From NCBI GenBank assembly GCA_002269645.1, contig NIVC01000691.1, positions 248,001 to 312,000 of the forward strand: 64,000 nt of DNA. Reading direction: 5' to 3'. Within the stretch, counting starts at the first letter, position 1, and each line of letters begins with the position of its first letter. Below are positions 35,715 through 53,900 of the stretch, piece after piece. This DNA is from Macrostomum lignano (Eukaryota). The position numbers were made by a program, and so were the translations under genes. The notes under the pieces were generated by a model. The model worked only from the letters and a program-made list of their open reading frames with translations, had not been told where the DNA came from and did no database searches.

Positions 35715-36239
35715 NNNNNNNNNNNNNNNNNNNNNNNNNNNNNNNNNNNNNNNNNNNNNNNNNNNNNNNNNNNNNNNNNNNNNNNNNNNNNNNNNNNNNN
35801 NNNNNNNNNNNNNNNNNNNNNNNNNNNNNNNNNNNNNNNNNNNNNNNNNNNNNNNNNNNNNNNNNNNNNNNNNNNNNNNNNNNNNNNNNNNNNNNNNNNN
35901 NNNNNNNNNNNNNNNNNNNNNNNNNNNNNNNNNNNNNNNNNNNNNNNNNNNNNNNNNNNNNNNNNNNNNNNNNNNNNNNNNNNNNNNNNNNNNNNNNNNN
36001 NNNNNNNNNNNNNNNNNNNNNNNNNNNNNNNNNNNNNNNNNNNNNNNNNNNNNNNNNNNNNNNNNNNNNNNNNNNNNNNNNNNNNNNNNNNNNNNNNNNN
36101 NNNNNNNNNNNNNNNNNNNNNNNNNNNNNNNNNNNNNNNNNNNNNNNNNNNNNNNNNNNNNNNNNNNNNNNNNNNNNNNNNNNNNNNNNNNNNNNNNNNN
36201 NNNNNNNNNNNNNNNNNNNNNNNNNNNNNNNNNNNNNNN
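35715..36239. other. Assembly gap (525 N)
   Basis: Run of N. Confidence 1.
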
Positions 36240-36296
36240 GCACAAATTGTCCAAAAAAATTATTCGGTGCACACTGTGCTACCTTCCTGACTATGG
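36240..36296. mobile_element. Right end of a further MITE copy (…ACCTTCCTGACTATGG) emerging from the gap
   Basis: 36281-36296 is the exact reverse complement of CCATAGTCAGGAAGGT at 20752-20767. Confidence 0.6.
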
Positions 36297-38141
36297 ATTG
36301 ACTAGATAGTGATCCTGAGTTGGTATTAATAGTATGGGTTTTCCATATAGGTCCTAAATATTTAGAGTCTAGACATAGGCCTAGGGCCTATTCAAAACAA
36401 TTATATAGGCTAGGCCTAGTACTGGCACTAGGCCTATGGGTATGGCTATAGTATAATATAATGGTTAGGCTTAAACAATAAACTGGGCCTATAAGATAAA
36501 TATATTGATTTTTATCTGCAGTTACATTATATATATATGCAGTCTAGTTAATCTGTCTAGTTAATGTCTAGTTGTCTAGTTAATAGAATAGTCTTAATCA
36601 GGCCTAAGTCTTGACTCTAAATATACATCATGTATAGAAACAGAAACCCATCCACAAAACTAAATTAACCAGGCTTTTGATAGAGCCAAAAGGCAGAATG
36701 TCAGAAACTCACTGTCATGACTTGGCTTGCCGATCATGCCCCTTGACTTGACAGTCACTCCCGACAGGAGGCCTAGTATAATAGTAGGGCTTACAGTCGA
36801 CAAAGTATAAGATTACAGTATGAACATTGAAACTCTGGTATGGACTAATTATTTTGTTGTTCAATTTTCGTTGAACTATGCTTCAGCATGTTAAATATAT
36901 ACTTTGAATCTTGATACTCAATTGCCAATTTATACATACGAGCAATCCTAGCATAGGCCTACTGAACATCACTACAACATTACTCAACTCAAGCAAGCAA
37001 GTTAGAGAAATTTTAATCCCTTGACTTGTGTTTTAAAATTTTGGCTTATTAGAAACGTTGAAGAAATCGTATATTAAAACGCTGCTTAGGCCCTATTAAC
37101 TTTAAAAATCCACAAAAAACAATTTAAAGGCGAAACTGATAGTTTAACGCGTATTTAGTCTTCATTTTTTTAATCAGTGTAAATCTATTTGTTAAGCTTA
37201 GCAAAAGTCGATCAAGCAAGCATACGTAACCGGTCGAATGCGTAAACGGCGGCCTTTTGCTGATTAACAGTAGAAATACCAAGCCATTTTTCCGCTGTCA
37301 AACTACCAAGGGATGGGGGAATTTTCTGACCTATTTTTTGCTGCGCTGGAATGGCGCAACGAATTAGGCACACGCCCACGAAATTTAAGAACACTGCATG
37401 GCTAACTTTTTGTTTCCTACTCAAACAAGAATAAATTGCAAGTCGCTAGCCTCCGAACCGTCGAGATTCAACGATTCTGCCAGAAGGTCGGAAGCGCTAG
37501 TGTATTCAACACCACTGTTGCGCCTGCAATCAATTTACTGCACGCCTCAGTGCAGTCTTGCCAAGGCTTCCAAATTTCATCAGCACCTTCGATCACATCT
37601 GTCTGCATCCTATAGCTCTCTGACTTCGTTGGTCACTTGCCTTCACCCAGGAGGAGCTTCTGGACCTTCAACTAAGCATGCGTTTACAGGGAAATCCTTT
37701 GCTATACATTATAATATGTAGTCTCTCAAGCATTCCGGCATCCTCAGCGAAGTCGTCGGCATCTCCAAATCAGATTGCGCCAGGCGACTATTACACTCTG
37801 ATGCGAATTTCTCTATTATTTCGTTGATCAAGCCTTGACAGTAGGCAATTGCCTCAACTGCTGGACATCCTTGGGATTTCCCTTAAGGGGGGGGGGGCTT
37901 GTTGGGTATATAGTTTTACTGTTCATTGCGTTTGTGTTAAAAAATTAAGAAAATTAGCTTTCAACTTCTTAATAATCTAACTGATATACCAGAGAGGATA
38001 AAACATAGTTCTTACATTACATGGACATTCATGTTTACTTATGTGTCACCGAGCAAAAAAGATGCAGCAGTTTATGCGCGGACAGTGACTAGGTTTTACA
38101 TTCGACCCCCTTCGACCCCCTTGCAAGTCCGTGTGTGGCTT

Positions 38142-38302
38142 CTGACTGACTGACTGACTGACTGACTGACTGACTGACTGACTGACTGACTGACTGACTG
38201 ACTGACTGACTGACTGACTGATTGACTGACTGACTGACTGACTGACTGACTGACTGACTGACTGACTGACTGACTGACTGACTGACTGACTGACTGACTT
38301 GA
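38142..38302. repeat. (CTGA)n microsatellite
   Basis: Visible array. Confidence 0.97.
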
Positions 38303-39132
38303 TGACTGACAAACAACTTACATATGTATGCATGTACATTGAATTTTTAATGCATACACGATGGAACCATATGTTCATGTACGTCAAATAGCTTGACATC
38401 TTGACAGAATCTTGATGGAATATGCGTCAGCGTCTTTTCTGAGAAAATCAGAGAAAAAAAGCCAAAACATTTGGAAAAAAAGAAATTTAGACAAAGCGTG
38501 TATTAATTTTTTTCAAAACTAAGGCGCATGACTTATACGGCCAAAATATAGCCAAAAACCTAGACGGTTTTCATGTGATTAATTCTATTTTGGAAGATAC
38601 GAATGTTTAAAAGCGATAGTGCGCATGCGCATAATAAACTTACTGTAAAACAATAAAAATCGATTAGAAGTAGACTATCGGTATTATTAAACGTATGTTG
38701 CATGCATAATCGGCTAATTAAATATTTTGTATTTAAAAAATCGAATAATTAAATAATTATCAGTTCAGAAGAAATTCAATGTTTGTAAGAGCTATAATAA
38801 TAAAATGATGATATAAACAGTTTCTTCAATATATTGATTTTCCGAAATATCACCTGTAGCTCGTACTACCTAATTAGATTATTGCAAGCCTTAGTATCGT
38901 GGCTGACTGGAGTGGAGCATGCAAAAAATCAGTTAAATAAATGAGCACAATATCGATCTGTAAAAGTTGAATAGGCTTCCAAATACAAAAACTTGCACGA
39001 AAAAAGTTTTTATAAGCAATAATAATTTGACAAAAAATATTCAATAAAGTTTCTTGACATAAAAGTACATTTAAGACAGAATAACTCGTATTGCGATCTT
39101 CCCATTGAAGATACGAGCATGGTAAAACGGCA

Positions 39133-39345
39133 GTAGAAGGACGCGCTTAAACAAACTCAATTTTCTTAGAAATGTCGAGCTGGAAGGCGTTAGAGAGCGT
39201 GTTTACGAGTACAGATTTTTCTAGCGCTGATTTTTGACCATCTAGCGGGGTCACAAATGATACGATAAATATACGACGGTCGTATTACCGCGGTCGCCGG
39301 CTTTTTTCTAAGAAAATCGAGCTGTAGCGATGCGTGTCCTTCTAC
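39133..39345. mobile_element. Small MITE-like element with about 40-bp imperfect TIRs
   Basis: GTAGAAGGACGCGC...ATTTTCTTAGAAA (39133-39172) is inverted to TTTCTAAGAAAAT...GCGTGTCCTTCTAC (39305-39345). No clear TSD. Confidence 0.5.
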
Positions 39346-39907
39346 ATTAATTGTCCATAAATACGAGCGTATATTATTGCGTTTAAGTTTCGAATTAGCA
39401 CCAAAAATAGAATAATAAACACAAAAACTAATTAATATATTATTGCACCAATACATCAAAAGACAAAATAAAACATTGAGTGTAAACGGCTTATTTGACA
39501 GGGAAGACTGAAAAGGCAAATTATAGCAGTATCGAGAGAGTGGACACAAAACCGTGTAAAAGTTATTCATATGTGACAAAACGCTTTAAACCTATTGGGG
39601 ACATTTGAAGGCCGAACTGTAATACTTGAAACAGCGATGAATAAATTAGCCGAAAGTCAAACTTACTTAATTATCTAAACAAGATAACCAAATTTTAGGG
39701 TCTAATCATCAAGTCGTCACTACGAGTATCTAATCCTCTCTCCAAACCCCCATTCCGCTGTCATCAAGGTTGGTTTTAAGCTACAAAAAATTGCGTTTCT
39801 AAGCTAATCTAAGCATAAAAATTGAAGTTTTCCATATTTTAAAGTTCAATAGATTTGAACTGTGTGCATCCTCTGACTACCTGTGGTCCTAGACTCGATC
39901 TTCCAGC

Positions 39908-44451
<4,544 letters not shown>

Positions 44452-46614
44452 TTTGTCCTCTTGGTGCTTGGCATAAAAGTTTTTTGAGAAATTGAACCAA
44501 ACAGCTAAAAAATAAACATTGACAACTTAAAAAAAGCATGAACTATTGGTAGTTCAAAATTGTGGATATTTAAAATACAAAAAGACATATATAAACTATG
44601 GTATTAATTCACACAATCTATTTCTATTACTAAACTTTCTATTTGATATCACTTCTGTTTTGCAATATGCACTCAAAAACCCCAGTAGTATACAAAATAA
44701 TAAAAATACTATACAATAAAAAGTCATTTAATTAAATCTCATTTATCAGATTCTATTGTAACGCCTCTCTTTGAATGTTTTAAATGTTTACTTTATTATT
44801 TATGAAAAAGATACAATAATAAATAGATAGCATAAGAGTTGCAGTAATAATAGCACCTAACCGCTAGTCAGTGGTAAGAGATTAAATTTGCTGATAGATG
44901 CTTTTCTATATAGTACTTTATACATAAATTTATTATACTTAACAATTTGAAGTCATAAAAATAATTCATCACTTTATTTTAACTTTATTATTACATTATA
45001 ATTATTACCAGATAGAATCTGTTTCATAAATATTTAATCAAATGGACTCCAGCTATCTTTCATACTGGTCCTGTTCTGCAAATGTCTTCAAAATTATTAT
45101 ACTGGATACAGACATACAAACAAACTAATCTTAGACATTTGGTATAGCTGGATTTTACATAGCATCATATTTTATTCATGTTGAAAGTTCGACTGATGGG
45201 TTTTAGCTGTCGAATAAACAAAAAACAAACAAATCATTGTCCAGTTTTCTTGGCTTAAATTTTTATGTTATCTTTTATAAATGATATTTATATTACTATA
45301 AAGCTTGAATAAGTTTACCCGAAATCGGGATTTTATAACAGGTTAAATTTATAGTAAGCTGAACCTAACAACAAGATTTATTTAATTTTACAATTAAAGA
45401 AGTTGTTAAACAAAATTACATAACTCTCTTCTCATTTATAGTGATATAAGTTTAAACAGCTATCATTTTGCAATACTTTAGACATTTAATTTTGTTAAAA
45501 CACTGGAATACCGGAGTTGCTATTCAGTCAGTGCTGGTTGCTAACCTGCAAAAGGCAGAGTAGGAAGGAAAATCAAATTAAGCTTTAACGAGGCTTCAGA
45601 AACAGCTAAAATATCTATAGGAGACTACTCAAGGAACATATAAGGATTGGATGAAAAATGTAACATGAGCAAGACGAGACGCTCACACGTCTCGGAAATA
45701 TTTAATGAGGCTCACGCCGCATAACAGGCAGAAATAGACTCGTTTGAACTTTCATTACAGTGAAAGGTACATATTTATGAAAATGCAAAGTGTATTAGAT
45801 TAGTTCCAAAAATCTTTCAAAAGTTTTGTTTACACCAAAAGTTATACAAAAGTACCACACGGTACATTTCAAGTACATATTTACCTGCAAAAATACACGC
45901 TTACACATTTGTAAATGTCATAAACGACATTAATCCTTCTACACCCTACGGAACCTCCCGTCCCGTCATCATCTGTTACCTATTTTAAAAGATAAAAAGC
46001 TTAACCATTTCTATTTTGATTTTTTGCTTCTGTTTGTGAAACTGTAATGCAAACAAACCCTAAAGATTATGTATTTGTACACGTATGCTGTACGTATAGC
46101 TCGTAGTAGGCATGTAACTAAAAAAGACTTAGAAATCTGGAAATGACAAAGCTGTGGTGTGCGGTATTATCTTCTACATGTATATCTATTGTGCTGACGC
46201 GACCACCACAGCAAACTTGAAGCTGTCATATCTGCTACCGCTGGATGCCTATTGCAATAATTAATTAAAGCGCGCCGTGCACTGCATGGATTACATGTAA
46301 GCCTTTGGTCTGGGGATCGAATGAATCCCCGATTCAAACTGCGAGGCCGCGCCGAGGGCCTCGCAGTTTGAAGATTGAAGTTATCTCGTAGCAACCAGAA
46401 GAGCTCTTTGATCTCAATCTCAGCAGCTTGGGTGGCAGATGCGAGGCGATAATTTACGAACTATGGGGTCAGGTGTTGCATCACTTGTCCCTACAGTAAG
46501 GCTGCCGTAGAGGATGCCTTGAATTTGACGCCTCAAGCCTCTTCATCAATTCTCTTCAATTTTTAAGGGGTCGCGCGAGGAGTTTGGGGGCCGGCTGAAA
46601 TCTCATCTGGAAAA

Positions 46615-47215
46615 GAGGGGGAGCGCCAAGCTTGCTGGAAAGGGGGGCGCCAAGCCTGCTGGAAAGGGGGCGCCAAGCCTGCTGGAAAGGGGGGCGCCAA
46701 GCCTGCTGGAAAGGGGGGCGCCAAGCCTGCTGGAAAGGGGGCGCCAAGCCTGCTGGAAAGGGGAGAGGCGCCAAGCCTGCTGGAAAGGGGGGAGGCGCCA
46801 AGCCTGCTGGAAAGGGGGAGGCGCCAAGCCTGCTGGAAAGGGGGCGCCAAGCCTGCTGGAAAGGGGGGCGCCAAGCCTGCTGGAAAGGGGGGGCGCCAAG
46901 CCTGCTGGAAAGGGGGGAGCGCCATGCCTGTTGGAAAGGGGGGAGGCGCCAAGCCTGCTGGAAAGGGGGGAGGCGCCAAGCCTGCTGGAAAGGGGGGAGG
47001 TGCCAAGCCTGCTGGAAAGGGGGGGGGCGCCAAGCCTGCTGGAAAGGGGGGAGCGCCATGCCTGTTGGAAAGGGGGGAGGCGCCAAGCCTGCTGGAAAGG
47101 GGGGAGGCGCCAAGCCTGCTGGAAAGGGGGGAGGTGCCAAGCCTGCTGAAAAGGGGGGAGGTGCCAAGCCTGCTGAAAAGGGGGGAGGTGCCAAGCCTGC
47201 TGGAAAAGGGGCGCC
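46615..47215. repeat. About 24-26-bp G-rich minisatellite (AAGCCTGCTGGAAAGGGGGG(A)GGCGCC)
   Basis: Visible array with variable G-run length. Confidence 0.95.
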
Positions 47216-47402
47216 ACATGCTTTGCCAGCCGATGGGAGGCGTAGCCCCCCTTGCCCGTGCTTCCAGATTTCTAAAAAACCGAGTTCAGCAGCGTTCAGC
47301 ATCAGTTTTTCAGTGTCAGAACGTAGCGATTAAGAATAATCTAAATTCAAATGCAAAAGCTTTTTTCTCTTATATTTTGCTAGTTCATAAACGGTAGAAA
47401 CA

Positions 47403-47707
47403 GCGTGAACAGCATGAACAGCATGAACAGCATGAACAGCATGAACAGCATGAACAGCATGGACAGCATGGACAACATGAACAGCATGAACAGCATGAAC
47501 AGCATGAACAGCATGAACAGCATGGACAGCATGGACAACATGAACAGCATGGACAACATGAACAGCATGAACAGCATGGACAACATGAACAGCATGGACA
47601 GCATGAACAGCATGGACAACATAAAAAACATGGCCAACATGAACAGCATGAACAGCATGAACAGCATGAACAGCACGAACAGCATGAACAGCATGGACAA
47701 CATGAAC
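47403..47707. repeat. (AACAGCATG)n 9-bp repeat upstream of Lhx2/9
   Basis: Visible array. Confidence 0.95.
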
Positions 47708-47769
47708 AGTATAATTGCCCCAGATTTCAAGTCAAACTGCTACAGTTCGTCAACACAACACACCATCAG

Positions 47770-47830
47770 CTTCCATTGGTCGAATAGTTGCCGCCCTTGA
47801 ATTCAGCGGCTTCAATCCTATTGGCTGAGG
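47770..47830 (+). promoter_or_regulatory. Candidate Lhx2/9 proximal promoter: two inverted CCAAT boxes flanking a GC box
   Basis: ATTGG at 47775-47779 and 47820-47824, and CCGCCC at 47791-47796, 130-185 bp upstream of the ATG. This is a short-motif match only. Confidence 0.3.
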
Positions 47831-47957
47831 CCACCGCCAACAGGGAGTTGCCCATTTATTAATGAGATCGCCTGCAAAAAAAACTCGCAACAATTGAAGC
47901 AAGGCGCGAACTCGCAGCACCGCAGCTCGATTCCCTGATTTCTGGGTCCCTTCGCCA

Positions 47958-50900
47958 ATGCTGACTCTCCTAGACGCAGAAGGTTGCCAGCAGCTGTTGT
48001 GTCCCGACAGCCAGCCGCAGTCGTCCGTCGTCACGTCGTTTCAGTCGCGTCAGAACTGCTCCGGCTGTGGCGAAGAAATCCGCGAGCGCTACTTTCTTCA
48101 GACTGGTGACAGCGGCTTCTGGCACGCCGAGTGCCTGCGCTGCGCCGCCTGCCAGACAGCGCTGGCTCACGAGGTCACGTGCTACTGCAAGCACGGACTG
48201 GTGTACTGCAAGCAGGACTATGCTCGGTGAGTGCTTGTCTGCCAATATAGATCAAGCTGATTTGTGCGATGTTATTTATCATGCAAATATCGGGGCATGC
48301 CAGAAGAGCCGACAATAGAGTCAGGAGTGTCGTGTCAGGAGAGCTGACTACAGAGTCAGGAGTTTAGTGTCAGGAGAGCTGACTACAGAGTCAGGAGTTT
48401 AGTGTCAGGAGAGCTGACTACAGAGTCAGGAGTTTAGTGTCCGGAGAGCTGACTACAGAGTCAGGAGAGCTGACTACAGAGTAAGGAGTTTAGTGTCAGG
48501 AGAGCTGACTACAGAGTCAGGAGTTTAGTGCCAGGAGAGCTGACTACAGAGTCAGGAGTTTAGTGTCAGGAGAGCTGACTACAGAGTAAGGAGTTTAGTG
48601 TCAGGAGAGCTGACTACAGAGTTAGGAGTTTAGTGTCAGGAGAGCTGATTACAGAGTCAGGAGTTTAGTGTCAGGAGAGCTGACTACAGAGTCAGGAGTT
48701 TAGTGTCAGGAGAGCTGACTACAGAGTCAGGAGTTTAGTGTCAGGAGAGCTGACTTCAGAGTCAGGAGTTTAGTGTCAGGAGAGCTTACTTCAGAGTCAG
48801 GAGTTTAGTGTCAGAAGAGCTGACTACAGAGTCAGGAGTTTAGTGTCAGGAGAGCTGACTTCAGAGTCAGGAGTTTAGTGTCAGGAGAGCTTACTTCAGA
48901 GTCAGGAGTTTAGTGTCAGAAGAGCTGACTACAGAGTCAGGAGTTTAGTGTCAGGAGAGCTGATTACAGAGTCAGGAGTTCAGTGTCAGGAGAGCTGACT
49001 ACAGAGTCAGGAGTTTAGTGTCAGGAGAGCTGATTACAGAGTCAGGAGTTTAGTGCCAGGAGAGCTGACTACAGAGTCAGGAGTTTAGTGTCAGGAGAGC
49101 TGACTACAGAGTCAGGAGTTTAGTGTCAGGAGAGCTGATTACAGAGTCAGGAGTTCAGTGTCAGGAGAGCTGACTACAGAGTCAGGAGTTTAGTGTCAGG
49201 AGAGCTGATTACAGAGTCAGGAGTTTAGTGCCAGGAGAGCTGACTACAGAGTCAGGAGTTTAGTGTCAGGAGAGCTGACTACAGAGTCAGGAGTTTAGTG
49301 TCAGGAGAGTTAACTATAAAGAGTCAGGAGCATAGTGTCAGGAGAGCTAACTAGAAAGTCAGGAGCATAGTGTCAGGAGAGCTGACTATAGAGAGTCAGG
49401 AGCATAGTTTCAGGAGAGCTAACTATTAGAGTCAGGAGTAATAGTGTCAGGAGAGCTAACTATTAGAGTCAGGAGTAATAGTGTCAGGAGAGCTAACTAT
49501 TAGAGTCAGGAGTAATAGTGTCAGGAGAGCTAACTATTAGAGTCAGGAGTAATAGTGTCAGGAGAGCTAACTATTAGAGTCAGGAGTAATAGTGTCAGGA
49601 GAGCTAACTATGGAGTCAGGAGTAATAGTGGCAGGAGAGCTAACAATAGAGTCAGGAGTAATAGTGTCAGGAGAGCTAACTATAGAGTCAGGAGTAATAG
49701 TGTCAGGAGAGCTAACTATGAAGTCAGGAGTAATAGTGTCAGGAGAGCTAACTATAGAGTCAGGAGTAATAGTGTCAGGAGAGCTAACAATAGAGTCAGG
49801 AGTAATAGTGTCAGGAGAGCTAACTATAGAGTCAGGAGTAATAGTGTCAGGAGAGCTAACTATGGAGTCAGGAGTAATAGTGTCAGGAGAGCTGACTACG
49901 AGTATAGAGTCACGAGTACTTTATAATTAGAATGAAGCATTGTTCAAATCGATGGCAATAAACGCCATGCATTCAGAAAACAGTGCGGCAGTCAATCATA
50001 AATAATCGCTGAACAATGCCTGCAGGCAAGTTTACCGATCTGCCGTTAAAGTTGTAGTCAAAAGCAAGCGGAGAGAGATTCAAGGACTATATATACGAGC
50101 TATTATATAGGCGACTTAAATCGCCTGCGGTAGGTTCAGAGTTCAAGCTGTATCGAGTAGAAGTTTAAGAGGGATCGGCTCCTTCAAAGTGGCACCCTGC
50201 GGTGCGGTGTGAACCTCCGGAGGGGTTGGTGGGGGTTGGAAGACCACTGTATATAATGGAGCGAAGACAGACTGGTGGGGGTCTGCAGTTGCTATCGGGG
50301 GTCTGTAGCCTAGTATATTGTCCGTCCCCGATTCTTCCTAAAATAGCTCTTAGGCGAATCGCCATTCCAACAATTGAAAAGCTCTCCAAGTGGCATCGGG
50401 GGGGGGGGGGGTGCTTCAGGCGAAAAATCCTCAAAGCGGTGTGGGCTGTGGTTGCGAATTTCATTTGAGGGCATTGGACGCGCTCACACACACAGACACA
50501 CACACACGCTTAAAATCTTTCGCAACAAAGCTTGAAGGAACAGGGGGAAGAAGCAGAGGCGGCCGTGATAAAAGAGGCCGCACATCTGCCGCAGTCGATG
50601 GAGTTTCCTCATACACTGCAGAGCCAAGCGCGCCTGGATTCAGCATAGTATAGGAACAATCCGGACCCCCGCTGAGACCCCACTGGTCTAAGGAGCGCCC
50701 CATGCTGAGCAGACAAGCTGCCGCTCTCCTTTGCGGCGCTCTTCCTGCCCGCAACAGCCTCTGTATTCGAGTAGACTAAAAGTATTTAGATGTCGATCCT
50801 TCTGCGAGCGACTTCTGTACAAGACTTTGCGTTGAAACTGCAGTTTTAGTTTCACTTCATTAGTGAAGTGAAATCTGTGCAATCTGTGCAAAGTCTACAA

Positions 50901-53900
50901 ATAAACCCATGGGAGCTATTGATTCGAATCGAGGATGACAACAAAATCACAAATCCTGCGCACCGTACCGCCTCGGGTGATTGGGTGCTTGCTTGCAAGG
51001 TGTAACAGGAGAGTTAGTTGATTTTGCAGTATAAGATCGAATCCCTTGCCTATGGCGCATGTTTGCTGGCAGACTGAGGCTACAGGCGGTCGCAAAAATG
51101 AGCAAAACGAGACTAGATCCATACTATGGCTAGAGGAAATCAGCTAGCGTCATGCGCGTCAGCCCCTTGCTTCTTCTTTCTGCATGCCTCGAGGCTATAA
51201 TATAGAATTCTACGTTGAGCTAACCTCAGCGGAAGCTGTTCCAGTATAGGATTTCACCACACTGGCAGTCTCTGTAGCCGTGTGCGCATTGACACTCTCT
51301 ACATCAGGCTAAATGCCCATAGGCGGCAGCAGCTCAGTCAGCTCACAGTGAATCTCTGACGGATGCGTTTCAAAACTGCTTGACAAAGGCGGAGCCAACT
51401 GTGGATGAGAGAGTCTGTTTCCTTTGAAGGTGCCTCCTCCCCTGGCCCTACGTGCTTGATAGAAGAAAGGGGTAAAAGGCATTGAAATATTGCAAAGATA
51501 AAAGTGTTCACTCAAGCGGGGGCAACAAAGGAATTCGAATAATATGCACCCGCCGAGCGACCGCGCGCCTGCTTGCCTTTCATCACTGAGCAGGAGCAAC
51601 TCGCTAGCTAGATGATGAGTTTGCCTCTTTGAGACCAATTATAATTAGCCGCATTTTCTCCATTTCCGGATCAACAAACTGATGCCGAATGGCATTGCGT
51701 CAAGACTGATGCGACTCGATAAAAAAACGCTTCTTAGAGCGCTGTTGCTAAATCTGTTGACCATGGACCATTTGAAGAAGTCACTGTCGTTAAACTTCGT
51801 TCATTCTTATAAGGAGTCTTTGTTTTTAGCTCTGAAAAACTCACCTGTTGGAAATTGCAGGTATAGGAAGGACTTTTCTTGCAGGGAAGATTCCTGTAAA
51901 TCACGATACGATGATAGATGCGATACTCCATAAGTGTGCTTTGATGCGAAAATTCGACATCACAGAGTTACTCTTCAGTCCCCTGTTCTATCAGGAAAAG
52001 TAACCCTCATTTCAACACATTTTCAACAAATACTCGTCACTTCTTCAGCATCTTCAAGTGCGGCACATGCGCCAGATGCGGGCAGAAAATCGACACGAAC
52101 GAGCTGGTGATGCGAGTGCCCGGCCTGGTGTTCCATTTGGACTGCTTCGTCTGCGCCACGTGCAGCCGGCGTTTGAGAACCGGTGAGCTCTTCGGCCTGC
52201 AGGAGGGCATCGTGTACTGTCGAGACGACTACGAGATACTGTTGCAGACGTTGCGGCATCGCCGACTGTCGGAGGCCTCGTCGACGTCTTTTTGCGCCCA
52301 GGCTCCGGCCTTCTACAACGGGACCGGCGCTGTGCAGAAGGGCCGGCCAAGAAAGAAACGGATCGATGAGGTGGCTTGTGAGTTCAAGCGTTTTGAAATC
52401 AGGGGCTGCAGTTGTGTGCGGTTTCGTGTTCTGCTGGTTTCTAAGAATCAGGGGCTGCACTGCAGTTGTGTGCGGTTTCGTGTTCTGCTGGTTTCTAAGA
52501 ATCAGGGGCTGCAGTTGTGTGCGGTTTCGTGTTCTGCTGGTTTCTAAGAATCAGGGGCTGCAGTTGTGTGCGGTTTCGTGTTTTGCTGGTTTCTAAGAAT
52601 CAGGGGCTGCACTGCAGTTGTGTGCGGTTTCGTGTTCTGCTGGTTTCTAAGAATCAGGGGCTGCAGTTGTGTGCGGTTTCGTGTTCTGCTGGTTTCTAAG
52701 AATCAGGGGCTGCACTGCAGTTGTGTGCGGTTTCGTGTTCTGCTGGTTTCTAAGAATCAGGGGCTGCAGTTGTGTGCGGTTTCGTGTTCTGCTGGTTTCT
52801 AAGAATCAGGGGCTGCAGTTGTGTGCGGTTTCGTGTTCTGCTGGTTTCTAAGAATCAGGGGCTGCAGTTGTGTGCGGTTTCGTGTTCTGCTGGTTTCTAA
52901 GAATCAGGGGCTCAATGTGAATCTGTAAAGTTTCGTGTTCTGCTGGTTTCTAAGAATCAGGGGCTGCACTGTGGATCTGTGCGGTTTCGTGTTCTGCTGG
53001 TTTCTAATAATCAGGGGCTGCACTGTGGATCAGTGCAGTTTCGTGTTCTGCTGGTTTCTAAGAATCAGGGACTGCACTGTGGATCTGTGCAGTTTCATGA
53101 TCCGATGGTGTCCAAGTTGTGAATCTGCGCTGGTTTCCGGGAAGCACATACGAAATTGTCTCTACAAGCTTTTGTGCAGGGCTGCTTTGAAACTTCAAAC
53201 ATTTTTCTTGTTTTTTTTCCAACTCACTTCATTCTCCACTTCCCTCTCTACCTCACCCCTCAAGTGCCTATAAACCTGTTGAGCACTAAATCTTTTTGAG
53301 CTTCCTTTTCTGCTCGTTAGAGAATTTGTTGAGCCAATCTGATCAGTGATATTTCATTACAGATGAAGAGGCTCTTGAATTGAAAAAATGCTCTCATGAC
53401 CAAATGTATTAGATGATGCATTTCATAGACCTGACCGCCATCTTGCATGTTTAGAATGTATCGAAAGCCTAAAGCTCCAGCAACAAGTTGAGAGGCATGA
53501 TTCAATTGTTGTCGGGTCTCCCCATCTCTGTCTCAGCTGAGCATCACAAACTTTTTTTATTTACAGCTCGTAGCTTTACATTTTAAGCTTATTATCGAAA
53601 TTAATAAAATGGCAATAAAACTTGGATTCCAGTGGAGGACTTCGACCATCGCTCGGAGGAGTACAGCCTCAATAGTCCGCCAAGACAGAAGCGCATGCGA
53701 ACTTCGTTCAAGCACCACCAGATTCGCACTATGAAAGCCTACTTCGGTCTCAACCATAATCCAGATGCCAAAGATCTCAAACAGCTGGCTGAGAAGACTG
53801 GCCTATCGAAACGGGTGCTTCAGGTGAGGCTTTAAAATTTCTGCCCCCTTCCTAGCATTTAAAATTGTTTTTTAACTGCAATTAGGGGAACCATCTAGGG

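Noticed and set aside
35605-36301. ORFs spanning the N run
   Set aside because: Artefacts of the assembly gap.
37200-37870. Coding-like minus-strand stretches (e.g. AVEAIAYCQGLINEIIEKF…)
   Set aside because: Interrupted by stops, no recognisable family, and not the missing DEG/ENaC exons.
49985-50005. Pbx/Hox-like site GTCAATCATAAA in Lhx2/9 intron 1
   Set aside because: A short motif expected by chance, with no conservation data available.
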